In this document: one piece after another, positions 29,523-39,381 of the stretch | Layout: the number at the start of each line of letters is the position of its first letter | How positions within the stretch are numbered: position 1 is the first letter of the stretch | DNA from: Patescibacteria group bacterium | GTDB lineage: Bacteria > Patescibacteriota > UBA1384 > 2-12-FULL-50-11 | Length of the DNA: 64,000 bases | Reading direction: 5' to 3' | Assembly (NCBI GenBank): GCA_022843855.1 | Contig: JALHMV010000001.1 | Span: 2,780 to 66,779, forward strand | The notes under the pieces: model-generated | What the model was told of the DNA's origin: nothing | What the model saw: the letters and a program-made list of their open reading frames with translations, nothing else | Database searches by the model: none | Made by a program: the position numbers and the translations under genes

Positions 29523-31208
29523 ATGCACATCGCCCTCCTCCGTCAGAAATTCTTAGAGTTCTTTGCGGCGAGTAACTATAAAGTTCTGCCGGCTGCTTCG
29601 CTTTTGCCGCAGAACGACCCCTCAGTTCTCTTCACTACTGCTGGCATGCAGCAGTTCAAGCCGTTTTACGCCGAGCCCTCAAGCGCACCCTCCCCACAGG
29701 TTGCGACCGTCCAGCCAGTTATTCGAACCTCTGATATTGCCGAAGTCGGCGACGATACTCATCTGACAAGTTTCGAGATGCTCGGCAATTTTCGTTTCGG
29801 CCAAAAGAGCTCGCTGACAATGAAGCGTGAGGCGATCGCCGAGGCGTGGCGTTTCATGACCGAGATTCTTCAGATCGAAGAAGACCGTATGTATGTCACC
29901 GTTTTTGGCGGCGACAAGACGACACCTGCCGACACCGAGTCCGAGGGGGTGTGGCGCTCGTTGGGGGTGAGCGATATCCGCCAGGAAGGGCGGGCGGACA
30001 ATTTTTGGGGGCCGACGGGTGACGAAGGTCCGTGCGGACCGAATACCGAGATTTACGTCGACGGCGTCGAGGTGTGGAATCTAGTTTTCAACCAGTATTT
30101 CCGCGACCGCGACGGTAATTTTACTCCGCTCGAAAACGCCGGACTCGATACAGGGTCTGGGCTTGAGCGTCTTGCGGCTACTCTTGCTGGTAAAAATTCG
30201 GTGTGGGAGATCGAACCATTTGCGGGGTGGGTGTCGCACACCGATCCGAGTAAGGTTCGCGAAAGCCGAATAATTATCGACCACCTTCGCGCTATAATTT
30301 TCCTCATTGCTTCGGGGGTCCTACCGGGTAATAAGGGGAGAGAATATATTTTGCGTCGTCTTATTCGAAAAGCCGTCTTTTTAGCCAGTCAACTGAACCG
30401 AGGATTCGATTGGGACATCGCTGTTTTTCATATTCACGCGTTTTACAGCCCTGTGTACGAATTGACGAACAAGGACGATATCCTCGAAGTAATATTGGCC
30501 GAAAAACAGCAATTCGACCGCAACCTCAATCGCGCCCGACTGTATCTTGAGAAATGGCTGAAGAACCACAGCGACGTCGATGAAAAGGCGATTACCGAAC
30601 TGGCATTTTATATGTATGAGTCGTTCGGCTTTCCAAAAGAGTTAGTGATCGAGTATTTAGCCGGCTTGGGTTGGAAGATAAATAACGATCATTTCAACGA
30701 ACTGTTTACGAAGCACCAGGCGGTTTCCCGGTCAGGCCTTGAACGACAGTTCAAAGGCGGTCTCGCCGATCACGAACCCCAGACAATACGGCACCATACC
30801 GCTCACCACCTCCTTTTAGCCGCGTTGCAGGAAGTGCTTGGCAAGGACGTTGTTCAGAAAGGTTCAAACGTAACGAGCGAGCGCCTACGTATCGATTTTA
30901 ACTTTGACCGAAAATTAACCGAACACGAACTCGAAAAGATCGAAACAATCGTTAACCAAAAGATTGCTGAGGATCTACCGGTGCTAGGTGAAGAGATGGG
31001 CCGTGATGAGGCGCTCAAGAGCGGTGCTCAAGCCGAGTTTGGCGCAAAGTACGGTAGTAAAGTAACCGTTTACACGATCGGGGATTTTTCAAAAGAGTTG
31101 TGCGGCGGTCCGCACGTTCAGCGAACTGGAGAATTAGGAAAATTCAAAATCCTCAAAGAAGAAGCCTCGAGCCAGGGAGTCCGGCGGATTAAGGCACGGC
31201 TAAACTAA
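29523..31208 (+). CDS. alaS: Alanine--tRNA ligase (short form, no C-Ala domain)
   Basis: LFTTAGMQQFK, HLTSFEMLGN, GPCGP, DTGSGLER, HTAHH and ELCGGPH editing motifs. Confidence 0.96.
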   Translation: MHIALLRQKFLEFFAASNYKVLPAASLLPQNDPSVLFTTAGMQQFKPFYAEPSSAPSPQVATVQPVIRTSDIAEVGDDTHLTSFEMLGNFRFGQKSSLTMKREAIAEAWRFMTEILQIEEDRMYVTVFGGDKTTPADTESEGVWRSLGVSDIRQEGRADNFWGPTGDEGPCGPNTEIYVDGVEVWNLVFNQYFRDRDGNFTPLENAGLDTGSGLERLAATLAGKNSVWEIEPFAGWVSHTDPSKVRESRIIIDHLRAIIFLIASGVLPGNKGREYILRRLIRKAVFLASQLNRGFDWDIAVFHIHAFYSPVYELTNKDDILEVILAEKQQFDRNLNRARLYLEKWLKNHSDVDEKAITELAFYMYESFGFPKELVIEYLAGLGWKINNDHFNELFTKHQAVSRSGLERQFKGGLADHEPQTIRHHTAHHLLLAALQEVLGKDVVQKGSNVTSERLRIDFNFDRKLTEHELEKIETIVNQKIAEDLPVLGEEMGRDEALKSGAQAEFGAKYGSKVTVYTIGDFSKELCGGPHVQRTGELGKFKILKEEASSQGVRRIKARLN

Positions 31209-31594
31209 GCCTTCGGTTGTCGAGCAAGCGCGGCCTCGTACTCGGCCTTTTTGTCATCAGCCATCTCAACAATCTGACTGAATTGCTCACCGGCTTGATA
31301 CGCGGTGTCTCCGAGCTCTTGCATATCTTCGATAGCGGCTTCGATAAAACCGCCCTTAAATTTCAAAACAGCAGAATCATACGCGAGAAGAAAGCGAGCG
31401 GTGTCGCCGTCTGCTTCTTTGTCGGCTAAGTGCGCTCCAAGTTCCTGGAAGTAGCCAAGTAACTTAGGGGTTAGCGGATTGCCTGCCTCTATGTCTGACT
31501 CAATCGCCGCCATTTGGCTACGAATGTTCTCGGTCTCAACGTTGTCCGGCGTCTCGCTAGTTTCTGGTGCGGGTTGGGGTTCATTCTCGTTCAT
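31205..31594 (-). CDS. Acidic helical hypothetical protein
   Basis: MNENEPQPAPE...; 129 aa; TATAGT upstream. Confidence 0.6.
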   Translation of the reverse strand: MNENEPQPAPETSETPDNVETENIRSQMAAIESDIEAGNPLTPKLLGYFQELGAHLADKEADGDTARFLLAYDSAVLKFKGGFIEAAIEDMQELGDTAYQAGEQFSQIVEMADDKKAEYEAALARQPKA

Positions 31595-31745
31595 ATCGCC
31601 ACTATACACTTTTCCTTTGCGCAATCTGGTTGGGCTTGGTAAGCTGAACCTACCAAATGGGGATCTTCGGAGGGAAGAAAAAACGGGGCTCAAACTGGGC
31701 TGTATCGCTCGATATCGACCTACGGTCGTATCTAACAAAACAACG

Positions 31746-32990
31746 ATGAGTATTTTTCGCAGTAAGAAAAAACAAAACAATTGGGCTGTTTCGTTAGATA
31801 TCGGAACGGAATTCGTGAAGGCTCTCGTTTTTGAGGTGGTTGACGGTAAGGGCCACGTCCGCGGTGCTGCTAGAGAACGGCAACGACTCTCGGATATGCA
31901 CGGCGGTGGTGTAACCGACATTCACGGCGTTGCCCAAAACTGCGAGAAAGCGATTGAAGCCGCCGCCAACCAAGTCGGTACCCTACCGAGTCAGGCTGTC
32001 GTCGGGATTGCCGGTGAGCTCGTAAAAGGAACGACCACGAGCGTCAAAGTCACCCGGGCGAATCCAGCAACTCAAATTCAAATGAGCGAGCTCCAGGATA
32101 TTGTGAACCAGGTTCAGGCCGAGGCCTTCCGGCGAGCGCGAGCGGAGCTTGCTACTGAGACCGGCCAAGAAGAGATCGATGTTCAGCTTGTTAACGCTGC
32201 GATCGTCTCGGTTGTTATCGACGGCTATAAAGTCTCGAACCCGATGAGCTACCAGGGAAAAGAGCTGTCGGTCGGTGTCTACAACTCCTTCGCGCCGATC
32301 GTTCAACTCGGGGCGCTGGAGACAATCGTCAGGGAGTTGGGTATGGATCTACTCGCGGTAGCAGCAGAACCGTACGCGGTGGCCCGCTGTCTCGATGAGG
32401 AGTCGGCTGATTTTGCGGCCATATTTGTCGATATCGGAGGCGGTACAACCGACATCGCTGTCGTTCGGAACGGCGGAGTTGAGGGAACGAAGATGTTTGC
32501 CATCGGTGGCCGGTCGTTTACGAAGCGCGTCGCTGCGGTTTTGGGCGAAGGCTTTCCCGAGGGTGAGGCCTCCAAGATTAAGTATTCGAACAATGAGCTG
32601 GAGCCAGAGAAAGCCGAGCTTGTGCGCCACGCCCTTCAAAACGATATTCGAGTGTGGATCTCGGCGCTGCAATTGTCTCTGGAGGAGTTTGGCGAGACCG
32701 ACCTTTTACCGTCAAAGATTCTTCTGTGCGGCGGGGGGAGCAATTTGCCGGAAATTCGGAGCGCCCTTCTTGAGAAGGGCTGGATCAAGGGCTTGCCGTT
32801 CGCCCGGCAACCTGACGTTCAATTTTTGAAACCGAGCGACGTTGTTACAATGGTTGATGAGACGAAAATGCTTTCTGATCCGGCAGATGTTACGCCGTTA
32901 GCATTAGGTAACGTTGGCTTAGATCTTGTCGGAGAAGGGACCGTTCTTGAGAGCATGATGCGACGAGCACTAAGCGGAATGAAACAATAA
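31746..32990 (+). CDS. ftsA: FtsA-like actin-fold ATPase
   Basis: SLDIGTEFVK, AEPYA, VDIGGGTTD, LCGGGS; no ftsZ adjacent. Confidence 0.75.
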   Translation: MSIFRSKKKQNNWAVSLDIGTEFVKALVFEVVDGKGHVRGAARERQRLSDMHGGGVTDIHGVAQNCEKAIEAAANQVGTLPSQAVVGIAGELVKGTTTSVKVTRANPATQIQMSELQDIVNQVQAEAFRRARAELATETGQEEIDVQLVNAAIVSVVIDGYKVSNPMSYQGKELSVGVYNSFAPIVQLGALETIVRELGMDLLAVAAEPYAVARCLDEESADFAAIFVDIGGGTTDIAVVRNGGVEGTKMFAIGGRSFTKRVAAVLGEGFPEGEASKIKYSNNELEPEKAELVRHALQNDIRVWISALQLSLEEFGETDLLPSKILLCGGGSNLPEIRSALLEKGWIKGLPFARQPDVQFLKPSDVVTMVDETKMLSDPADVTPLALGNVGLDLVGEGTVLESMMRRALSGMKQ

Positions 32991-32991
32991 G

Positions 32992-34770
32992 ATGGAACAA
33001 ATTTTTCTCGAACCAAACGAAGAAATAACCTCGGTTATCGATAAGCTCTCGAGCGCATCAAGCGGGAAAGTTGCCGTTGTTGTTCCGAAGAACAGTACGA
33101 TGTTCCAAAGCCTTGTTAATCTGAAGCTTCTTGCAAAACAGGCCAAGGAACTGAACCGCGAAGTTGTGCTCATTACTACGAATAAAGTTGGTCAGCGACT
33201 AGCTGCTCAGGTTGGTATCGAAACGTATGCCACTGTTGGAACGGTACGTCCAGCACCTCAGACTCCTGCTACCGCCGCTCCTCAGGCATCGGCGGCACCC
33301 GCACCTGAACCAGAAACGTTACCGGATGGCACGCCTGTCCGTCGCTACGTGCCACCGATCCCTGGTGGTACGCCGCCGCCCGTAGCGACCACGAGTGAAG
33401 CTGAAGAGGTCGCGGAGAAACCAGACGCCGACCCGATTATAAATGTGGCGCAGCCGAACGACTTACCTACAGAAGCGGTAACAGTTGAAGCACGTCAGTC
33501 ACCCGATCCCCCGGTCGAAGCGGTGTCAAAACCTGAACCGGCCGCTGAACGATCAAACGACCTCCCGCCAATTATTAGCCGTGGCGTTGCGACTCGTCAG
33601 GAATTTCACTTCCAGCTGCCGTGGAAATCGCTACTGGCAGCGGCCGTTCTACTGCTTATTACTTTCACTCTTGTATATATTATGGTGCCAAAAGCAACTG
33701 TGACCGTTACCCTGCCTGCCAAAGCTGTCAGTGAAACGATTGATGTAGCTGTCCGCACGGTCGCTGACCAGTCCGACAACTCTATTACCGGCAACCTCCT
33801 AACCGTCGAGAAGTCCTTGACGAAGCCAGTAGCGGCAACGGGTAAAAAAGATATTGGGACGAAGGCGACCGGCACACTCGCTTTCCGCAACTGCGAGGAC
33901 ACAAGCACTCACCCGGTAGTGGCGGGGAGTAAGGTGACTTCTGCTGGAAAGACTTTCCTGACGAACGCCGCGGTAACGATACCGGCGGGAAGTTTTAGCG
34001 GCGGCGGCAGCGTTTGTAACTCGGCAAGCGTCAATGTCGCTGTTTCGGCGGAAGTCGCCGGTGAGGCGCACAATATTGCCAACGGAACATTTGCCATTAC
34101 TGGACTCTCGACGCGCATTAGCGGGACGGGTACGACAACCGGCGGAACGACTAAACAGGTGACGATTCTTACGCAGGCTGATATCGATCAGGGACTGGCC
34201 GCTCTTGAGAAGCAGGCGACTGACGAATCGACAGCCGAACTCAATGCAAAGGCCGAAGGGCAAACGATTTTGGCGGAAGCGATCACCCAAACGATCAAAA
34301 CGCGAACGAGCGACAAGAAGGTTGATGAGCAAGTAGAGGCCGCGACCGTTACGCTGGTGACAACCGTTGCAACAATCGCCTACGACAAAGCGGCTCTTGA
34401 GGCGAAGCATCGAGAAGCGCTGATGAAAAAAATCGATCAAGGTCAGAAGTTGGAGATTCCGGCAGACAGGGCACCGATTACAGTTTTTAAGAGCTACAGC
34501 GAAGACAAATCCGTTCTTACCCTGACGCTTTCCGGGGACGGATTTGGAGTCCCTGACATTAGCAAGCAAGATCTCGCCGGCGCAGTTCGGCATACAACCA
34601 AGATGGGGGCCGAGTCAAAGCTGAAGGAAGCGTACGGCGCCACTGAGGTAAAGATTGAGATGAGCCCGGCGTGGTGGCTCGATCGCCTTCCGATTCTATC
34701 TGGGGCAATCACGGTCGAGTACGGTTTTAGCGAAGTGATGCCGACTGTAGAATCGGTGCCCGAAGAATGA
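32992..34770 (+). CDS. Membrane protein with baseplate-J-like extracellular region
   Basis: N-terminal cytoplasmic domain (EEITSVIDKL..NLKLL), Pro-rich linker, one TM, ATGKK..G.KATG motif. Confidence 0.6.
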   Translation: MEQIFLEPNEEITSVIDKLSSASSGKVAVVVPKNSTMFQSLVNLKLLAKQAKELNREVVLITTNKVGQRLAAQVGIETYATVGTVRPAPQTPATAAPQASAAPAPEPETLPDGTPVRRYVPPIPGGTPPPVATTSEAEEVAEKPDADPIINVAQPNDLPTEAVTVEARQSPDPPVEAVSKPEPAAERSNDLPPIISRGVATRQEFHFQLPWKSLLAAAVLLLITFTLVYIMVPKATVTVTLPAKAVSETIDVAVRTVADQSDNSITGNLLTVEKSLTKPVAATGKKDIGTKATGTLAFRNCEDTSTHPVVAGSKVTSAGKTFLTNAAVTIPAGSFSGGGSVCNSASVNVAVSAEVAGEAHNIANGTFAITGLSTRISGTGTTTGGTTKQVTILTQADIDQGLAALEKQATDESTAELNAKAEGQTILAEAITQTIKTRTSDKKVDEQVEAATVTLVTTVATIAYDKAALEAKHREALMKKIDQGQKLEIPADRAPITVFKSYSEDKSVLTLTLSGDGFGVPDISKQDLAGAVRHTTKMGAESKLKEAYGATEVKIEMSPAWWLDRLPILSGAITVEYGFSEVMPTVESVPEE

Positions 34771-35201
34771 AGTACCTTGGTCTGGACGTCGGGCAGCGAA
34801 AGATCGGAGTAGCGGTCGGTGAGGTGCTCGCTACCGAACTGCTGACGCTGCGCTGCAATCAACACGAATCTTTCTACGCTAATCCGGCGCGCTCACGTGC
34901 CTACGACGAAATAGAAACAATCATGAACGAAGAAGGAGCGGCTGGGATAGTGGTCGGACTTCCGGTTAAGGAAGACGGTACTGCCAGCGAAGAGTCGGCG
35001 AAGATAGCTGAGTTCTGTGACGGTCTTTCTACCGCATTGGACGTAACCGTTCATACCGTTGACGAGACTCTCACTTCATTTATGGCCCGAGACATTTTGG
35101 AAAGCCAGGGGATCATCGGAGCGGAGCTGGAGAATCGCCTCGATCAAGCGAGCGCAGCGTTGATACTGCAGCAGTACCTGGAGGAGCATGCGACGATTTA
35201 A
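34767..35201 (+). CDS. ruvX: YqgF/RuvX nuclease
   Basis: LGLDVGQRKIGVA, VVGLP, VDETLTS, DQASAALILQQYL. Confidence 0.92.
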   Translation: MKYLGLDVGQRKIGVAVGEVLATELLTLRCNQHESFYANPARSRAYDEIETIMNEEGAAGIVVGLPVKEDGTASEESAKIAEFCDGLSTALDVTVHTVDETLTSFMARDILESQGIIGAELENRLDQASAALILQQYLEEHATI

Positions 35202-36102
35202 ATTGATTGCCCTCGGACTCTTCGTATTTGTCTTGCTGTTAGCTGGTTTATTTATTAATAACCTCGGACCCGTCAACGGTGAGAGTAACGAAACAGAAGA
35301 GTTCGTTGTCGCCGCCGGAACTAGTACGGCCGCTATCGCCCGACAGTTAGAAGAGAAGGGACTGATTAAGAATAGCTTCTCGCTCTACGTGTATTTAAAA
35401 ATGATTGGCGGCAAGATCCTGCCTGGAACGTACGACATTTCCCGGTCTCAATCGGCCACGGCCATCGGTTGGATGCTCGGATCCGGTAAATATAAGACGG
35501 AGCGACTCACGATCATTGAGGGCTGGCGGGTGACCCAAATCGATCAGTACATTCGAACGGAAAAAAAGCTGAAGAATGTGGACGATTTTCTGTCCAAAGC
35601 TCAGCCGCTCGAGGGCTACCTTTTTCCCGACACGTATGACGTGCGGATTGATATTACCAGCGACGCCTTGATTAAGCTGATGCGCGATACTTTCGAAAAG
35701 AAGACCGCTCAACTCAGGCTGACCCCCGAGACGGTTATTTTGGCATCGATCGTGGAGCGAGAGGCGCAGAGTCAGAGCGACCGGGCGCCGATTGCTGGCG
35801 TCTATAGTAACCGGATGAAGATTGGCATGAAACTCGACGCTGATCCGACCGTTCAGTATGCTAAAGGCTCCTGGAAGACTATTACCCGGGACGACTACCG
35901 TTCAACGATCTCACCGTACAATACCTACCTTAACGCTGGACTGCCGCCAGGGCCGATTTGCAGTCCCGGGCTTGCCGCACTCGAAGCGGCCGCCGCTCCG
36001 GCCGAGCACGACTACCTTTTTTTCTTCCACGCTCAAGGTAAAACGCATTTCTCTAAAACACTCGCCGAACATAGCGCGAAAGTTGCGCAATATCTTCGAT
36101 GA
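35188..36102 (+). CDS. mltG: Endolytic transglycosylase MltG
   Basis: LEGYLFPDTY, LASIVERE, DPTVQY, SPYNTY..GLPPGPI. Confidence 0.95.
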   Translation: MRRFKLIALGLFVFVLLLAGLFINNLGPVNGESNETEEFVVAAGTSTAAIARQLEEKGLIKNSFSLYVYLKMIGGKILPGTYDISRSQSATAIGWMLGSGKYKTERLTIIEGWRVTQIDQYIRTEKKLKNVDDFLSKAQPLEGYLFPDTYDVRIDITSDALIKLMRDTFEKKTAQLRLTPETVILASIVEREAQSQSDRAPIAGVYSNRMKIGMKLDADPTVQYAKGSWKTITRDDYRSTISPYNTYLNAGLPPGPICSPGLAALEAAAAPAEHDYLFFFHAQGKTHFSKTLAEHSAKVAQYLR

Positions 36103-36737
36103 CGACGCTCGGTGTCGCGTTGCTGTTCATCCCGACTGTGCTTGCGGCGACGGGAGCGTATCTGCGCCCCGATCTTCGTCGACCGATGCTCTGGGGCGGG
36201 CTACTTGCCGTTCCGATCCTTCTTGTCTTCCCACTCACCTTCCACTTCTTACATTTCCCGTTTGGCCTTCTCCGTCTGGTCACGTTGTTTATGTTTGGAG
36301 CTGTTGCTGCGGCGGCGTATGAAGTGCTGTTTAGTAAGCATTTCAAGCTGCATAGCCGATCAAGACAGCCGCTCCTCTGGCTCCTGGTTGGGCCGATTAT
36401 CTTCTTAGTTGGCGTGATGTCCACAGCCGAAACGGTTAGTCCGTTAATCTGTGCGCTGTTAGTCGAGGTCGGTATTGTTGTTGCGTTCCGACGAGATTTG
36501 GTTTGGGACGTACTCTTCTCCGGAGCGGCGATGGCACTCTTTTACGTCAGCTCAACATTCTTGCTGGTCAGGATACTTGGCGTTCCTTCTAATCTCGGTG
36601 TTTTAGCTGAAACAACGTTCTCCGGATTTACTCTACTTGGTATACCGGTTGAAGAGATTGTTGCGGTGGCGTTGTTCGGAGCGTTGTGGGGCCCGATGTA
36701 CCCAGCCTTCAAGGATCTGAAGTTAAAGAAGCGCTGA
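36099..36737 (+). CDS. Polytopic membrane protein (lycopene-cyclase-domain-like)
   Basis: About 7 TM helices; RPDL/RRDL and GIPVEE motifs. Confidence 0.55.
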   Translation: MTTLGVALLFIPTVLAATGAYLRPDLRRPMLWGGLLAVPILLVFPLTFHFLHFPFGLLRLVTLFMFGAVAAAAYEVLFSKHFKLHSRSRQPLLWLLVGPIIFLVGVMSTAETVSPLICALLVEVGIVVAFRRDLVWDVLFSGAAMALFYVSSTFLLVRILGVPSNLGVLAETTFSGFTLLGIPVEEIVAVALFGALWGPMYPAFKDLKLKKR

Positions 36738-38602
36738 TGCGTCGCCATCATCCGAAAATTCTTGTTGGCTTGATCGTACTCGGTTTCACTGCGCTAGTGA
36801 CTCTTATATATATCGCTGGTCGATACGCGCCGATTCAAACAATCGTGAGCGGCCTGGCCAGTGATAACCGGGTCGGGTTACAGGAGGCTGTGACTGTTCG
36901 TTTTTCGTTACCTGTCAATCGACGGCTGATTGTGCCCAAGATCGTACCAACGATCGAGGGAAGCTGGCGGTGGAGCGATGGGAGATTTGCCCGGGAGCTG
37001 ACCTTTCAACCCGAGACCGTCTGGCTACCAGAACAGCAGTACACCATCAGTGTTGATGGGGTTGGGCCGATTCTTTCTTCAGCTGGCTCTGTCGTACAGT
37101 TTGCGGTCAATGTACGCGAATTACCAACGATAGTGGCGGCATCCGTTTCTGAGAACGCGACTGATGTTGAGCCAGACGGTACGATTCAACTATCCCTTGA
37201 TCAGTCCCTCAGCAATGTGGTCGACTTTTCTTTTCGGCTGGAACCCGCAGCCGATGTTGTGATCGAAGCTGACCCAGTTAACAGTCAATATAGAATTCGG
37301 CCGGTTCGTCCGTTGATTGCAGGGCAGTCATATCGGCTCATCGCCGAGCGTGAGCTGGTTCATATCGCCGCAGCCAGTCAGACTGCGGTTAAGCGCGAGC
37401 CGAAAGAAAAGATCTTCGAACGATCATTTACCGTCACGACCCCACCAGCGGTTATACGATTTGATCCTTCGGGGGAGGCAGTAGCGCCAACAAATCGAAC
37501 GATAGTTCTAGAATTCTCAGCGGCAATGGATCAAGCGTCGGTTGACGCGGTTCTGGAACTGACTCCGCGCTTAGCCGGTTCCTGGCGATGGGAGAACGCG
37601 AAAGTACTGGTGTTTGAAGCCCAGGGAGAGCTCCCATTCGATACCGACTTTTCAGTCACCATTCCTGCCGGCGTCAAGGATCTGACAGGTACGCCAACGA
37701 CCGAAGCGATTAAGGTTGGATTCCGCACTGTTGGTGCGCTTCGGGTCGTGGGGGCAACCCCGAATAAAAAGAGCGGCATTAGCCGTACCTCGCCGGTAAC
37801 CGTGACGTTTGACCAACAGCCAGATCAGGCAAGCGTTACCGACGCGCTTTCCGTGCAACCGCCAACGGCGTATGCGGTGTCGTGGCAAGAAAAGAGCTTG
37901 AAAATTCAGCCAACGAACGGCTGGGCCTACAACACTAAGTACACAATTGCACTGCGGCGCGGAGCGTTGGGTCAGTACGGCGTGCCGAGTCGATCTGAGA
38001 CAATCGTTACTTTTACGACTGAGGAGAAGGTTGTACTGCTAAATATTGCGTGGGATCGACAGGATCGGGCCTTATCGTGCGAGGCAGCGGCGCTCAAGAT
38101 GGCCTTGGCTGGTAAAGGTGTACGAGTGAGCGAAGACGACATTATGGCCCGAGTCGGCTACGATCCCACGCCGCGAACACCGGGAGGGTGGGGGGATCCG
38201 GACGTTGCGTTTGTCGGAGAAATAAACGGTGCGCAGAACACCACTGGATACGGCGTACATTGGGATCCGATTGCGCGTGCTGCTTCGGCGTGGCGGCCAG
38301 CACGAGTTGTCAGCGGGATCTCTCTCCAGGAGGCAGCACGTCAATTAGAGGCGGGAAACCCGATTGTAATATGGGGGGTACAGGGGGCCGCTTACGCCGA
38401 TCCCTGGGTCACACCCGCCGGCCGAACAATCAATGCCTGGAAGGGCGAGCACGCCCGTACTCTCATCGGCTTCCGCGGCAGCGTCGACAACCCAACGAGC
38501 TTTATTATTAACGATCCGATCGCAGGACGACTAACCTGGTCGGCAGCAAAGCTACGAAGCGATTGGTCGAAGTTTGGTTTTCATGGGGTTGTTGTCGAGT
38601 GA
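36737..38602 (+). CDS. Ig-like repeat surface protein with C39-like peptidase domain
   Basis: N-terminal TM, repeated Big_5-like units, SCEAAAL / EHART / NDP triad. Confidence 0.8.
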   Translation: MRRHHPKILVGLIVLGFTALVTLIYIAGRYAPIQTIVSGLASDNRVGLQEAVTVRFSLPVNRRLIVPKIVPTIEGSWRWSDGRFARELTFQPETVWLPEQQYTISVDGVGPILSSAGSVVQFAVNVRELPTIVAASVSENATDVEPDGTIQLSLDQSLSNVVDFSFRLEPAADVVIEADPVNSQYRIRPVRPLIAGQSYRLIAERELVHIAAASQTAVKREPKEKIFERSFTVTTPPAVIRFDPSGEAVAPTNRTIVLEFSAAMDQASVDAVLELTPRLAGSWRWENAKVLVFEAQGELPFDTDFSVTIPAGVKDLTGTPTTEAIKVGFRTVGALRVVGATPNKKSGISRTSPVTVTFDQQPDQASVTDALSVQPPTAYAVSWQEKSLKIQPTNGWAYNTKYTIALRRGALGQYGVPSRSETIVTFTTEEKVVLLNIAWDRQDRALSCEAAALKMALAGKGVRVSEDDIMARVGYDPTPRTPGGWGDPDVAFVGEINGAQNTTGYGVHWDPIARAASAWRPARVVSGISLQEAARQLEAGNPIVIWGVQGAAYADPWVTPAGRTINAWKGEHARTLIGFRGSVDNPTSFIINDPIAGRLTWSAAKLRSDWSKFGFHGVVVE

Positions 38603-39351
38603 TGGGCAAGCCGACTCGCTCCCAGCGACGTCTGGTAATTTGGGTGAGCCTGATCGTCTACGCCGTACTGATCAGTTGGTTATTTCGAGAGCGTTACAGC
38701 GTGGTACGCGTCGAAGAAGCGCCGCCTAACCCCGTAGTAGTTTCGCAGCCAGAGCCGCAAAGGACCCCTGTCGCACCAACGGTACCGGCATCGGCGCTGC
38801 TTGAAGTCCCGTTCATGGTTCAGGCACCATTTGGAGTGTGGGATGCTCTCCACCAGGAAACATGCGAGGAGGCGAGTTTAATGATGGTTCACGCCTTTCG
38901 AACTGAAAGGTCGCTCGGCACGCTCCAGACGATCGACGACGAGCTAAAAGCTCTGGTTGCGTGGCAGACCGCCAGAGGGTATGAGTACGATGTGACGTTG
39001 GCAGAGTTATCGCGTATCGCTCGGGATTACTACAGTATGAACACAGGACGGATTATTACCAATCCCACCGTTACGGATATTCAATCCGAAATTGCCGCCG
39101 GCCGCCCGGTTATTGTCCCGGCCGCTGGGCGACTACTTGAAAATCCAAACTTTACGCGCGGCGGCCCGCCGTATCATATGTTGGTTGTGCGAGGTTACGA
39201 CGCCAACGGATTTATCACCAACGATCCGGGGACCCGACGTGGAGAGAAGTTTCGATACTCGTACAAGAATCTCATGGATTCGATCCGCGACTGGACCGGC
39301 AGTAAGGCAACGATCTTGTCGGGAGCGAAAGCGGTTCTTGTCTTTGACTAA
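38602..39351 (+). CDS. C39-like peptidase, membrane-anchored
   Basis: VPFMVQAP, TCEEASL, YHMLVVRGY, TNDPGT. Confidence 0.82.
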   Translation: MGKPTRSQRRLVIWVSLIVYAVLISWLFRERYSVVRVEEAPPNPVVVSQPEPQRTPVAPTVPASALLEVPFMVQAPFGVWDALHQETCEEASLMMVHAFRTERSLGTLQTIDDELKALVAWQTARGYEYDVTLAELSRIARDYYSMNTGRIITNPTVTDIQSEIAAGRPVIVPAAGRLLENPNFTRGGPPYHMLVVRGYDANGFITNDPGTRRGEKFRYSYKNLMDSIRDWTGSKATILSGAKAVLVFD

Positions 39352-39381
39352 CGGGCACGCCTTGTTTAGACTGCCATCAAT

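Noticed and set aside
29523-31208. alaS (and miaA) as truncated pseudogenes
   Set aside because: Catalytic and editing motifs are intact; short forms fit genome streamlining.
32992-34770. Prophage suggested by the baseplate-J-like gene
   Set aside because: No terminase, capsid, tail or integrase genes; it sits in a housekeeping operon.
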